A program made the position numbers and the translations under genes. A stretch of 64,000 nucleotides of DNA from Dimorphilus gyrociliatus (lineage: Eukaryota; Animalia; Annelida). The stretch is from assembly GCA_904063045.1 (NCBI GenBank), contig CAJFCJ010000001.1, forward strand, positions 2,914,001 to 2,978,000, given 5' to 3'. Each line of letters starts with the position of its first letter. Position 1 is the first letter of the stretch. The notes under the pieces were generated by a model, which was not told the origin of the DNA, did no database searches, and was given only the letters and a program-made list of their open reading frames with translations. Shown piece by piece: positions 1 through 12,916 of the stretch.

Positions 1-742
1 AAACATATATATATATATAAGAATATATATATATATACGTTTACTATTGAATAACCTTGTCCTCTGCAAGGAAAAGAAAATTATCTTGTGTTATTTTTTC
101 TTGCCTCCTTAAAAAATTAATTATATTCTACTGAAAAAAAACTTAATAAAGGATAATCAAAATATAAAATGTCATCGTTATAAAACCTTTATAGACCTTT
201 TTAACGTTTAGATATATTGTATATAATATATTTAATTTCAGCTTTTTTTCATTACTATAATTATAGGGATAATGTACTTTATTAAACATAATCTTTCGTT
301 TTATATATTGCTATTAAAAGTCTCTTTTTTTTAAATATATAGTATAGCCAAATCAAGCAACTTTAATAATATTGTGATTTAACCTAGTAACTATACTTTT
401 CATATTCTTTTTCATTTAGAACTATTAAGTGATTTATATTTATTAATGTACATATTTTTGGGTACATTTTCGCTCCTTAACTGAAAAGAAAAGCAACGCT
501 CTCCCGTATTTAAATTGCTAATATATCAATATAATTTAACATACATAATCAAATTTCTTTTTTATATACCTTGGTAGGGTAATATTGAATTAAATCTATT
601 GTATAGAAAATACCTATCAACTTTTATAAATGACTGGTTTGCTTATTTGTTTTGATTCACTTGTTTGAATACCGTAAAATTAATAAAATGTAAAGATAAT
701 TTGCCGTAAATAAAAAAGTACGAAAATAGCTCTTCTGCTGAA

Positions 743-758
743 ACCGGAAATACGTCAT
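743..758 (+). promoter_or_regulatory. ETS-like (ACCGGAAAT) plus CRE half-site (ACGTCA) upstream of TADA3
   Basis: aaccggaaatacgtca lies ~90 bp upstream of the ATG at 847. Confidence 0.4.
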
Positions 759-846
759 AGAGTTAATGTTTGGATTTTGTCGCTCAACGAATTTTATCGA
801 AAAAACACCCATAAATCTGTCTATATGCTGTCTTTAATTATCTATA

Positions 847-2670
847 ATGAAGGGAAAATCCAAATCTAATAATTCTACTTCGGCAAATAATAACGATGGA
901 GAAGAGGAAGAGTGTCCTTTGCAATTTCCAGATTTCAAGCCTGTCGATCATGCCCGAGTCTGTCCCAGGTTTGTGTGGTTGTAGGCCTACTAGACCAAAA
1001 CAATTGCTCAATCATACTATATTTCTCAGTATGTCATTGTAAAGATGTACATATTTAATCAAATCACTGTAAATATTAGTAATTATCCGGGATTGCAATA
1101 TTAGATATTGATATTCTATACTCTACATAAAAAGTGTTCTTTAAAAAGAATACTTTTACAATTCATTTAGTAACGGATTTTTTTTTTAGGTATACATCAG
1201 TCCTGACTAGACAACAGTCCGAAACGATCGGGCCTGAGGAATTGGATACTTTACAATCAGAATTAGAGACCCTGCTATCTTCCGCCGCTAAAAGGATGAA
1301 ATTGCTTGAAGAGGAAAAAACAACCCTTACTCTTTGGCAAGAAAAGGGTGAGATTAAACGGGCACCAAATAAATCAAAAGATTTAAAACGAATGGCTAGT
1401 CCTGTGTCCTCCGAACGGCCATCTAAAAAAGCAAAAGTTGAAAAGAAGAAGGCCGTAAAGTTAGAACTCGTAGAAGAACCAGACGCTGCGGCAACTATTC
1501 CTAAGATTCCCAGAAACGAAACTCCTTTAAAATTCTGGCGAACAGTTGATATGTATTGCAATGATTTTTCCGGAGAGCATCTAAAAACACTGGAAGATAT
1601 AATACGAAGTTTATCCGACCAATTAGATTATTACAAAGTTCCTGCTTTAGGTAAAGGGGAAAATTATAAAAAATCTTTTTCATTTAAATTTTACAATGAT
1701 TGTTATTGTTTTAATTAGGTAAGCATTACTCTGAAAAATGGGCCATAAAAGATTTAGAAAATGAAAAATCGAAAACTGACAAAGATAAGAAAAAACGCTT
1801 AGGAGAAGATTTTACTCCCCCCGAAGATAGGGAACCGGAAATTTTAATGAAAAATTTGCAGGCAAATGAAGAAGATGATCCGTTTCAACCTCTTACAAAG
1901 TATTTATTATTAGTTTAAAGCAAATTATCTCAATTGATTTTCATATTTTTTCTCAATCGCAGATTACTCGTACAGTCTCTCCTAGACGATCCGGAGGCAT
2001 TATCGATTTTAAACGAGCCAATGTCCGATGATGTTGACATATCAGAAGCTCCTACAGTTACTACTAAGTCATTGGCAAAACAAGTTAATGTAAGACACAT
2101 AGCAAGCATATCATACAATTAATTTTAAATTCTATGTAAATACTTCATTTATCTGACTTTTTTTTTTAGATTAATATGGGTAGTGCTCTTTCATTGGAAA
2201 GACGAATAAAACGAGAATTAACCATACAAGATCTGCTAACAAAAGAGACTGAAAATAAGAACGGGGTATTAGAATCACCATCTGCTAATAATGCAGATGT
2301 TGATGATGAAATTCTCAAAGAGTTGCAAGAAAAACAAACTCTTTTAAAATCTTTAACAGATAAAACTTTAAAACAGACAAAGAGGCTTTATAATTTAGCA
2401 AAAGCCCAGATGCAGATACAACAGCTAAGAAATAAGAAGAATAACTGCGATCAGAATGTAATAGACTCATATAATAAAATTTTAAGTATTCGGTCAAAGA
2501 AAAAGAGTCCCAGCAAAAAGGAGAAAGAGGGAGTTATAAAAAGTTTAAAACAGCGTCAAGCTCTCGTAGACACTTTAAATGAATCAAAAAGACATTTTAA
2601 CGATCTTATGCGGAAATTCGAGACCGATACGGAAGATGGTGCTGTTATAACGAATGGTGCTTCCGATTAG
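847..2670 (+). CDS. TADA3: Transcriptional adaptor 3 (SAGA/ATAC HAT module), 5 exons: 847-968, 1190-1650, 1719-1899, 1963-2089, 2170-2670
   Basis: GT-AG splices keep the frame. Ada3-like segments: PLKFWRTVDMYC, PALGKHYSEKWA, PFQPLT..LVQSL, LERRIKREL, DDEILKELQEKQ. Confidence 0.9.
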
Positions 2671-3840
2671 TTGAGGTTTAGCGGGTTTTTGTTGTAAAGA
2701 TAGATATTCGTCTTCAAAAGTGCCCCTTGACGAAGAACTGGAGGTGACCTCACCTTCTTTCTCCTCACACATCTCTTCTCTTCATGCTGTGTATGTCAGT
2801 CTCTTCTTATTTCTCCCTTCAAAGTATTTCACTTTTTTTCTCTATATACATCTTTTTCCTTCTGTCGTATGAACTTGATCAACTTTAGAATGGATTTCAG
2901 AACAAAATCGTTATTGGGCACTTAAGAATACTAATATCTATTCATTTAATGAATGCTTGGTGATCTGTTCTTTTATTATAATTCGTTTTTCGTTCTTTAC
3001 ATTTTTTTGTACTGAAAATGAGCTCAAAATTGTACAAATCATTTATAAGTAAGAAAAATTTATTAATAAATGGTTTACAGAATGTTAATTTTTTGTACTC
3101 TTTTTTTTTTTATACAAAAATAAATATAAATGAGATAATAAATTTAGGTAATGCACATCAAATAAACAGAAACCAACTCAATCTTTCTTTACATCTCATT
3201 TTGATCAGGTTTTCCCTTGAGAAACTAAAGTGTTGTCAATAGTATGCTTCAAACGTGACTATACTGTATTTCTAGAGGCGTAGAGAATTTAAAATCATTT
3301 CTAAGTACTATTACTTCACTTTAAGCTCTATTCTCTGCTGTAACATTTTTTAAATGGCGCTCCGTTCAAAAATATAATCTCATTATTATAGAAGAAAGAA
3401 TTAGGTCAAACTTTCTAGAAAATTTCATCTGTAATAAGAGACAATTTATAAACTTATCCTTGATCTTATTGAGAATCATAGCGCATGAATGAGAACTCTC
3501 AAACTGAACATTGTAATTTTATAGAGACAACAAACACTGCTAATTCCAAGAAATTTGCTGAGATGAAGTTAAATTAACGAGTATATCGATTTCCATTCGT
3601 CTTATCTATTTATATCTCGAGAGATGTGAGAGTAAACAATTTTCCTTTTAAAATGTCAATTTGCAATTACTTTAAGCAAAAATTTCTCTTTGCTTTGAAT
3701 CAATTTCTTACTAATTAATTTCAAGAAGTTATAGATAATAAAATCAATTTACAATGGTATGTTTAATGTTTTTAATTCTAATTTCTGCAAGTATTGTTCA
3801 TTCAAATTTATTAATTTCTTTCTTTTTTTTTAGCATATAA

Positions 3841-3988
3841 ACTTCCGGTTAATTATTTCCGGTGTGGTATACTGTCTGGAGTTTGCTTAGCAATAACACT
3901 CCTAAGAACTTTAACTGAAAATAAACTGTCCATGTGTATACTGTATATACTGTATATATACAGTTGTTTCTTAAATGCGCATGCGCGT
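3841..3988. promoter_or_regulatory. TBRG1 promoter with ETS (ACTTCCGG, TTCCGG) and NRF1-like (TGCGCATGCGCG) motifs
   Basis: acttccggtt at 3841 and tgcgcatgcgcg at ~3976, in a CpG-richer patch before the ATG at 4073. Confidence 0.5.
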
Positions 3989-4072
3989 ACTATGATAGAT
4001 TCTCTGGTTTCGGAATTTCAATTTAGATCTGAGTGACTTTTGTACAAGATCGTCTTAGATATCGAGTAAATC

Positions 4073-5826
4073 ATGGACAAACCGAATAATAAACTTAATA
4101 TGGAACTTCGAAAACTATTTATGGAACAAAAGCGCCTTCTAGCAGAATATGAGCGTCAAAAACAGGTTTGATTGCTTTTTCAGAGTGTTCTTTATAATCG
4201 TTTTTGAATGAAACAATCTAAATACATGTGACTGTCAGAATAAATATTATGTAAGATAAATAAAAACAATTATAGCTCCATAACTGCAAAATTAAAAACG
4301 AAAAATTAATTAAATTAAATAAACTAACTATAGTATTTGTTTATATATAATAGATATCAGCTAAATTTCGAAATACCCCTCTCCCGTACATAGAGTAAGT
4401 ATATATTTTTATGATCCAAAATATTCAATACTAACCCGTCTGCATTGCGTTTAGGCAAGATAAAGAAACCATTGAGAGAGAATTATGGTTAAATGCAACC
4501 TGTCAAGTTTTACTTCAAGTTGGTAAACCCGTTCCTCAAGCTGGTATAAGTCAAGCTGTATTAGCTCAGGGAATAATACCTTCAGAGTAAGCAAGATGAC
4601 AATTATCAAAAAGTGTCATTGATAAATATCAATATGAATGACTGACCAATGATTATAAATATTTTTGCAGTATGTCAGTTAGTCTGTCAGATGCAGTTCA
4701 AAAAGAATTAAATAGGAAATCAAAGAGTCGAATAAGAGGAGTTCCCGGTCAACCAGGTGTCATATGTCTGGCAGACTCGGAAGTTGGGAATAGGGGATCA
4801 AAAGCAAAAAAAGAAAAAAGTGCAACCGAATGGCGAGAAAAGTATAGGGAGTTAAGGGCTTTCGTTAAAAAGATGATATTCGTAAATTCAGCTTATTGCG
4901 ATCAAGTTTGTAAAGTTGAAGAGAAGATCGCTAGGGCTAAAAATGTTAGAAGATGCTTAGTAAAGAAATTGTTAACATGCATGGTTGAGCATAGTGGAGC
5001 TAATGGAAAAGTTTCAAATGCAGCCTTAGAAAAGCTAATAGCCGTTTCAAAGAATTCGTCAGCTGGTCGACGTATACCTGCTCCTAGGAAAAAACGAACC
5101 ATAAGGGAAACATTAGAAAAACCAAAATTATTAGTTCAGCCTCTACCGGTAGATTCAAATGGAAAGCCAGTCTTTCCGATAGTTCTTCAAGAGTTAACTG
5201 TACACTCTTTAGGCGTTATACCTCCAATAGAAAAATTACCATTATTTAATGATAGCAATTGTATATATCCAATTGGATATTCGAGTTCGAGAACATTTCT
5301 ATCCTTTTTAGTAAGCCAAGGCTTACAAGCCTGTACTTATTTGTGTAGGATAGAAGATGACGGTGGAAAACCAAAGTTTATAATAACTATAGACGATGAG
5401 AGATTTACCCATAAATTTGCATCAAATAGCATAGATCAAGTACATTCACTTCTTCTTCAGGGAATCAATCAATCCTTGTAAGTTGATTTATGTTTATTAA
5501 TATTTTTAATATTTTTTTAACGTAACCTTTTATTAATTTAGAACAAAACAAACTTTACCAAATGAACCAAATGGAGCTGCCTTTTTTGGTCTTGATAATC
5601 CAAATGTTATGGTAACTACACATAATATATTATATATATTGTATATATATGTAAAAGTTCTTTAATTTTATAGAGTTTAATTCAATGTTTATCTGGAGCT
5701 AAGAAATGTTCCAAGTACGACTGGAAAAAGTTTACTGTCAGTAAAAGAGAAGGAGTTCAATGGACTGAATCTAATAAGCCTTCTGTAAGTTTTACAGCGG
5801 CTTTGAGATATTTATCAACACCTTAA
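4073..5826 (+). CDS. TBRG1: TBRG1/NIAM-like FYRN-FYRC protein; exons 4073-4165, 4354-4394, 4455-4586, 4671-~5478, ~5542-5611, ~5675-5826
   Basis: N-terminal coil EKYRELR..VKKMIFVNSAYCDQVCKVEEK; FYRN segment LPVDSNGKPVFPI..LTVHSLG..YPIGY; FYRC segment GAAFFGLDNP..LIQCLSGAKKC. Splice phases of the first exons are consistent. Confidence 0.88.
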
Positions 5827-6310
5827 AACACGAAAAAATGATGCATTTCCTTTTATACCATTAAACATATTTCTTTTGTTGTTAAAAAAATAAAAAACTA
5901 ATAGTTAACTTTGTAAACGTAGCCTTTATACACTGATTTTTAAGTTTTTAGTGTTATATACTTTAATATATATTTGTATATAAAAGTCCATTCCTATATA
6001 TAACACTTCCATGATTAACACAGCATATGAGCTTGAATAATGGGAATAAAACTATTGTGCAATTGAACCAGTTCTTCACATAGGAAAGGTATATTAAAAT
6101 TATATATAGAACTGGTAGCCTTATTTTTCTGAGCGATAATTGGGAATAGAAAAGACTTATAATTTTTTGTTAGAAAGCAAAAATAAATAATCTAGGATGT
6201 TAACACTTGATAATACCGTCCGTAGATGAACCGTAGAAAAATTTTCTCTATTAAAGCCTTGAAATATCCTCTACTTGATTGTCAATTTTCTAACCTAACG
6301 GTATAAAGTA

Positions 6311-9300
6311 ATGGCAGATCCAAAAGCATTACAAAAAGATGCTTTTACATTTGCCAGCAGAGCTGTTGAATGTGATAAACAAGATATGATTGAAAATGCA
6401 GTGTTCTATTATCAGGTAAATCAATAATGAACATTTTGTATAATTTCAATGATATAATATTATTGTCATACAAAAGGAGGCAGCAAACGCTCTATTATCG
6501 GCATCTTTATATCAAAACGATAGGCCAGATTTTATAGAAAAAGCACAAGAGTACCTTAATAGATCGGAGCAGTTAAAAACTTCACAACATGCTAGAACGT
6601 CTTTCAACGAGCCAGTAAAAACAGAAATTCAAGTATGAGTTTTAACTTTTTGTGTATTTGCAGTACTTTGATTTAAATAATATTAATCTTTCTAATTTAT
6701 TAAAGAAAAATATAGAACGAATAAAATGTCTCTTAAACGAAGCTTGCGAAGCAGACGAAATTAATAAGGATGAGGAAGCTTTAGAGATTTATATGGAAGC
6801 TGCTGAAATTTGCATTAAAATAGTATGTTTTATCTTTTAAAAGCCGCAACTGATCAGTTAAATTCTTAAACAAATATTATTTAATAGTCTAAAGAAACGA
6901 CAGATGAAATTTTAAAAAAGAAACTAAAAGATCAAGCTAGTAATGCTTTATCGAGGTAAACGATCATTCTATCTTTAGGAGTATACTATACTCTATATAT
7001 ATACATTCTAGAAGTTTTACTTATTTCTGTTTAGGGCTGAAACTTTAAAATCCAGAATAAACTCTGTTGCCTCAAATACAACTAGAAAAAATTCAACAAC
7101 TAATGCAAAACCTCTTGGAAGTCTATTGAATGATGGTGAACCTTCATTGAGTAGTGGAAGTAAAGGAACTGCACCAAAACCAACTGGTGGATCATATACG
7201 AAAGAAGAAAAGGATGTACTTAAGTAATTATTAATAATTAAATAGTTAATAGTTAGTTTTGCACATTATAATACAAGCTCTTTTTCATTATAACCTTTAA
7301 AGAACCACATCAACCATTAATGGAAGAGAATATGTTCCTTTTATGATTGGAGATTTAAAGGAAAAATTTGCCTTTCCAATCCCTTATACGTTTGTATTTA
7401 ATATGTTTACTTTTCTTGTCTTATTTATATAATCTTAATAGAGATAAATGGGGACATCTGCAAATGTCTGATAAACAGAAACAGAGATTTTCTCGTTGGG
7501 TTAGGCCTGACGAAATAACCCCCGAACCAAAAATGATTTATATTGTCTCTCCTATGAGCATTCGACAAGTATGTTTTTCATAATTTCCTTATTAATATTA
7601 CTCTTCTTCTCTTTCTCTCTAAATCAAAATCGTGGTTTTTTTCCCTCTAATAGACGATTATTTCCGATTGCTCTTTCGTCGCCTCATTAGCCGTTAGTGC
7701 ACAATATGAAAGACGTTTTAATAAGAAACTTATAACAAGGTGATTTTTAATTGCTAAATAGTAGGGTCATAACTGTAAAATCGTTTTTTTTTTCAAGTAT
7801 AATCTATCCTCAAAACCGACAAGGACAACCTGTATATAATCCCTGTGGGAAGTATATGATCAAGATGAATATTAATGGTATCCATAGAAAGGTTACCATA
7901 GATGATCTTTTACCAATGAGCGCTTCTGGGGAGTTATTGTGTTCTTATTCGTCAAACAAGGGAGAGTTATGGGTCTCTCTTTTGGAAAAAGCTTATCTGA
8001 AAGTAATGGGTGGTTATGATTTTCCTGGTTCCAATTCTAATATAGATTTACATGCGCTTACTGGTTGGATTCCTGAAAGATTATCGATTGATAATGAATT
8101 TGACGCTGATAAGGAGTATAAAAGGATTTGCGAAAGATTTCACAGAGGCGATTGCTTGGTAACTGTTGCCACTGGGAAAATTTCTGAGGGTGACGCGGAT
8201 AGGGCTGGACTAGTTCCTACTCATGCCTATGCCTTATTGGATATACGTGAAGTTAAGGGCCATAAGTTAATTCAGTTAAAGAATCCCTGGAGCCATTTAA
8301 GATGGAGAGGAAATTTCTCTGAATTGGATATTAATCATTGGACTCCAGAGATGCAAAAACTTTGCAATTATAATCCGGAAAGTGCTCAGAATCATGATAA
8401 TGGCGTGTTTTGGATTGATTACGACTCCCTAAGGAAATTTTTCTCAGTCATTTATCTTAACTGGAATCCTGAATTGTTTAAGCATACTACTTGCGTTCAT
8501 CAGTAAGACTACTATAATTATTCGTATAATTTATTACAAATATCGATTCCCTGTATAGTACATGGAAAGCTAAAGAAGGACCTAAGAAGGATAGCTATAA
8601 TATTGGAGATAATCCACAGTATAAGCTTGAAATTAAACAAAAGGGAAGTTGTGCAATATGGATTCAGTTAACGAGGCATATAACGGATAAAGACGACTTT
8701 GCCGAAAATAAAGAATTTATTACTGTTGTAGTGTTTAAAGGAAACGGAAAACGAATTTTTTATCCATGTAAATAGATATTTACTTAATTTCTTCTAAATT
8801 ATCATTATCCCACATTAATCGTACAGATAATCCTCCTCCTTATAAAGACGGTGTTCGAATTAATAGTCCTCACTATTTATGCAAAATGGTTGAAGAAGGT
8901 CCTGCAGCTTATACATTAGTTATATCTCAAGTAATTTTCCTTTTTTATTATATATTAATGAATTTTTAATATTAATCAGTTATCGTCGTTTTTCTAGTAT
9001 GAAAAATCAGTTACGACTCATTATACTCTACGAGTTTATTCATCTCTTCCATTCGGTTTGTCCAAAATCAACGATCCTTATAATTCAAGATATGAAAGAG
9101 ATATTAATGATAAATGGGAAGGAAAAACTGCTGGTGGTTGCTCCAACTATCCAAATACTTGCCGAAACAATCCTATTTATCAAATTCATTTAGATAATAA
9201 TCACGCTAACAATATGATGCTATTTGAACTAAAAGCTCCAAAGTATATTGTTTTTTCTTTTATATTCTAACAAGTTAATATAACATTGCTATTTTTCAGA

Positions 9301-9537
9301 CAATATTCAGTTTGTGTTGAAGCGACTACTGTTAATGAAAATGTACCGGGAACTGTTGGTTCTTTTAAAAAGAAAGATTCGGGAAGTTATAGACCAGGCT
9401 TTTGCGTTCTCGATTTAGAAAGCATATCTGGAGGAGTTTATAATGTAACCGTCTCTACTTTTAAGCCTGAACAGGAAGGGCCATTCATTCTCACTATAAA
9501 ATCTTCGGAGAATTTTAAAATTTCGAGACTTCAATAG
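6311..9537 (+). CDS. CAPN7: Calpain-7 (PalB-like): two MIT domains, catalytic domain, two C2-like domain III; multi-exon
   Basis: Starts [22 protein letters not shown]. Catalytic triad motifs are [15 protein letters not shown] and LKNPW; [25 protein letters not shown] and [11 protein letters not shown] also match. Confidence 0.95.
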
Positions 9538-9621
9538 AAAATCAAAAGAAAAAAAATGAAAGAAAAAACTTTAATTTACTGATTTTAACGTATTTTATTA
9601 AGAAGAATTTCATGAGGAAAC

Positions 9622-9645
9622 CAACAACAACAACAACAACAACAA
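9622..9645. repeat. (CAA)8 microsatellite
   Basis: Read directly from the sequence. Confidence 0.9.
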
Positions 9646-10445
9646 TAAGAACAGCTGACGAAGACAAACAGATTTTTTTCATTCATTTTACATTCAAGCT
9701 GGCTGTTTTCTAAAGTGACAAAAAACTAATAGACAACTATCCTAAAAACCTATTAATTATATATTATTATCAGTTATATATCATATTAAATACAACCTTT
9801 AAAATATTAAAATAGTGAGACTAACAATAAAAATTAAAAGATAACTATAAGAAATCAATTATCAATTAGGCAAGCTGTAGAGTCTTTTATACTGTGTTAT
9901 ATTTTGGTGATTTTCTTTCTCTTTCAATGTTTGCTTAGTAAGTTTTGACGATACGAGGAGAGACAAGAGTTATTTAAATGCAAAAAAACGCTGTAGGACA
10001 TTTGTTTCTTGATTAATCCCATTAAGAGTCTTCATCATTCCTTCTCTATTTACGGGTTATTTAGGGTTGATTCTCTGAGGATATTTGATTTATTCTTTTA
10101 GTTTTAATCATCATAGTGTTCGCTCACTATTATATCTTAAAGGCTACAATCAATTCTATAATATAAAGAGGAGAAGAAAGAATATTAAAAGAAAAGAGAG
10201 CGAGAATTCTGATATTTTATGATATTGGTTTATTTATCAACTTCATTTAATCAACATTCCCAATGACTATCTAAAGATATACACTAAAAAAGCACTAAAA
10301 GAGTATATAAATATGAGCTGTACGTTATTTAAAAATATACAGTATATACTATATAGACATAAAATTTGTTTATCAGTCATAATACGAAGATATCTTTTTC
10401 TATCTGTTTAATGCCGATAATAAACAGTAGGATATAACAGTTCGG

Positions 10446-12180
10446 TTAGAAATCGTAAAATTCAGTATCACTTTCATCTGAATGAACTTCTATTGGAGGG
10501 AGATTTTCGTCCAAGAACTTTTTCCTTTGGTAGATTTCATTAGGGAAATATGAATTGAACGCTAAATAGTCTTTTAATTGATTGTCAATTTGTAAATGAT
10601 TAATTTTTAAATAAGCAAAACGACCAAGTGTTTTAAATATTTTTGCTCTGACTAGAATTTTTAATGGTCTAGGATTTTTGCAAATTTGTTTGATAAAATC
10701 TTGAACTGTTTGTCTTCTATGTAGGGCTAGAGGCCAATCTAAAATATTTTCTCTTAGCCATTCCTCATTCTGATATGTCGGCTTTATGTCTAAAAGAAAA
10801 CGAAAGAGTATAAATAAACATTTTTCGGCAACTTCCTTGACAGTGATGTTCAATTTGGAACCGTATCTAACAAGTGTCATTGCGCAACTTTCTTCACCTA
10901 AATTTAGACACATTTGCAGAGGAGTTTCATTCCAATGAAACTTTTTATCGCCATTTGTTCCATAATCGCAAAGTAACCTTACGCTCTCGGCGTCACCTGA
11001 CTTAATTGCTAAGCTTAAAGGCGTCATGTTTGAGTTTGTCTTTGCGTACTTATCAGCTCCATGCTCTAAAAGCATTTGACAAAATTCATAACGCCTAAGC
11101 CAAACTGCAAAATGCAGAGCAGTCCAACCATTTTCTGCAGTCGCGTTGATTTTTACAAGAGAGTTAAGTAGAAGTTGAACCAAATGTATGTTTGGGTTCT
11201 TAACTGTCCTATATAAAAGGGAAAAAGTGAGATAATTGATTAAGAATAATACTAGAGTATTTCAACCAATATTTTATATCAAATATAAGAGTTTTACGGG
11301 TAAATATTTGATTATCACTACACTACATTATACTAAACCCCACTCTCTAATTCTCTCTCTCTCTCTCTCTCCCCTCTCTCTCTCTCTTTCTCTACCCCCT
11401 CATTCTCTTTCTTTCACTACCTTTTCTTCTATAGAAATTGAACAATAATAAATACAGAGAAATAGAATATGATATTTCTATTCTTTTCTCTTTCTTCTTA
11501 TAGGTAAACTTTGGTTTTATCCAAGTGTACACATTTAATACAAACAATTGTCTCTTTTACTCATTTACATTGGGAATAATTGATACGAAATCAATACAAT
11601 TCTTTAACAATTGCCCAACTAATTTATCATCAATTTCGATTAAACAATACGATCTATCATTAAAAATTAATTTATAAAAAAATAACAATAAGGAATTAAC
11701 AACAACTAGCCTGATAAGGGGCGATTCTCCTTCATCTTTTAATGCTATACTCCTTAAATTAACATCTGCTCCATAGTAGACCAAAGCTTTACACATTTCA
11801 ATATTTTCATTAATTAAAGCTTTATAGAATGGTGAATATCCGTATCTACGGTCTAAATAGTTACATTCGCATTTATTTCTTTTTCCTTTACCTTGGAACA
11901 GCGCTGATAAAGTTTCTAAATCATTGTTTAAAACTGCAAACCATATTGGCCTATTTCCTGATTTATCTTCGGCGTTTCTATCGGCTGTAAAGTTTTTATT
12001 TTCTAATAAAATCTTAGTAATCTCTGTTATTTGATGTTGGCAGGAATATAAAAGAGCAGTTCGTCCCTCTTCATCTCTCTTATTTATATCAAAATTTAAA
12101 TTCCTTTTAAGGAATTTCTTCAAATCCTCAATTTTATTTTCTTTAATGAAGGACCAAAATTTTTTCGTCGTGTCGTCCAT
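10446..12180 (-). CDS. Ankyrin-repeat and SOCS-box (ASB-like) protein, ~410 aa; exons 12180-11711 and 11208-10446
   Basis: Multiple ankyrin repeats (GRTALLYSC, GNRPIWFAV, GYSPFYKAL, GWTALHFAV, NMTPLSLAI, NETPLQMCL). C-terminal SOCS box NPRPLKILVRAKI..L..LQIDNQLKDYL. The join requires a GC-AG intron. Confidence 0.85.
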
Positions 12181-12841
12181 GTTTATGAGTGTTGGTGTTG
12201 AGGTTAAATAGGCCTAAACCATTGATTTGTATAACACTTACACATATAGTTATTGATTATTTACAATCAAGGATTTCGAGTGCAAGCTACTTATTAATTC
12301 CAGCCTTTTGATTGTTGAATAAATATATACTACTAGTTGATCATTTTTTATTTAGACTTAGATATCCAATATATCTATATAGACAGTTTATATTGCTTTA
12401 TATTTCCCTAAGTCTGATTATAAATTAAGAAAGAAAGCCTTTATATATATCCTTTGGCCGATTGTTTACTAGTATATATTCAATAAACAAAATCGCTATA
12501 TAAACTGTGTATATTTTGAAAATATTATAAATTTTCAACTTGATCTATTAAATATTCATTTGTTTTTCTTCTTATCTTCTCAATTTTCCTACATTTTAAC
12601 CGATTAATTTTCTATTAAAAGAAAAAAGATCAGTGAAGATAGTGTTTCATACATCTCTTATCTTTACCATTTTTCTCTTTCTTTACTGGACGCTCTTTTC
12701 TCAGTGAAAACGTCTCAAACTTCTTTTAAAGACATATTATACTTTTCTAATTTTTTTTATCTTTTTTTTTATATAAAAAAAAGATTTTTTCAAAGAGTTT
12801 ATAGTAAAATATCTAGTGTATTTCTTTATACCTTGGAATAT

Positions 12842-12853
12842 TTTGGCGCGAAA
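12842..12853. promoter_or_regulatory. Overlapping E2F site TTTGGCGCGAAA in the divergent ASB/ECI2 promoter
   Basis: Matches the classic TTTCGCGCCAAA E2F element on the minus strand, ~65 bp before the ECI2 ATG. Confidence 0.5.
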
Positions 12854-12916
12854 TCGCGCTACTGTACAAAGTCTAATCGTGCCGCAGCATCTAGCAGACT
12901 TACTTCTTTAGCGAAT

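Noticed and set aside
1163-1561. Antisense ORFs over TADA3 and other genes (e.g. 4902-5102, 14024-14284, 38677-38871, 60067-60300)
   Set aside because: They are frame shadows of real coding exons.
3950-3963. CTGTATATATACAG resembling a LexA/SOS box
   Set aside because: Eukaryotic context, and the spacing is 14 bp rather than 16 bp; it is part of the TA-rich motif family.
12704-12916. Upstream in-frame extension of ECI2 from a GTG start
   Set aside because: AT-rich promoter sequence containing the E2F site; ATG 12917 gives a plausible mitochondrial presequence.
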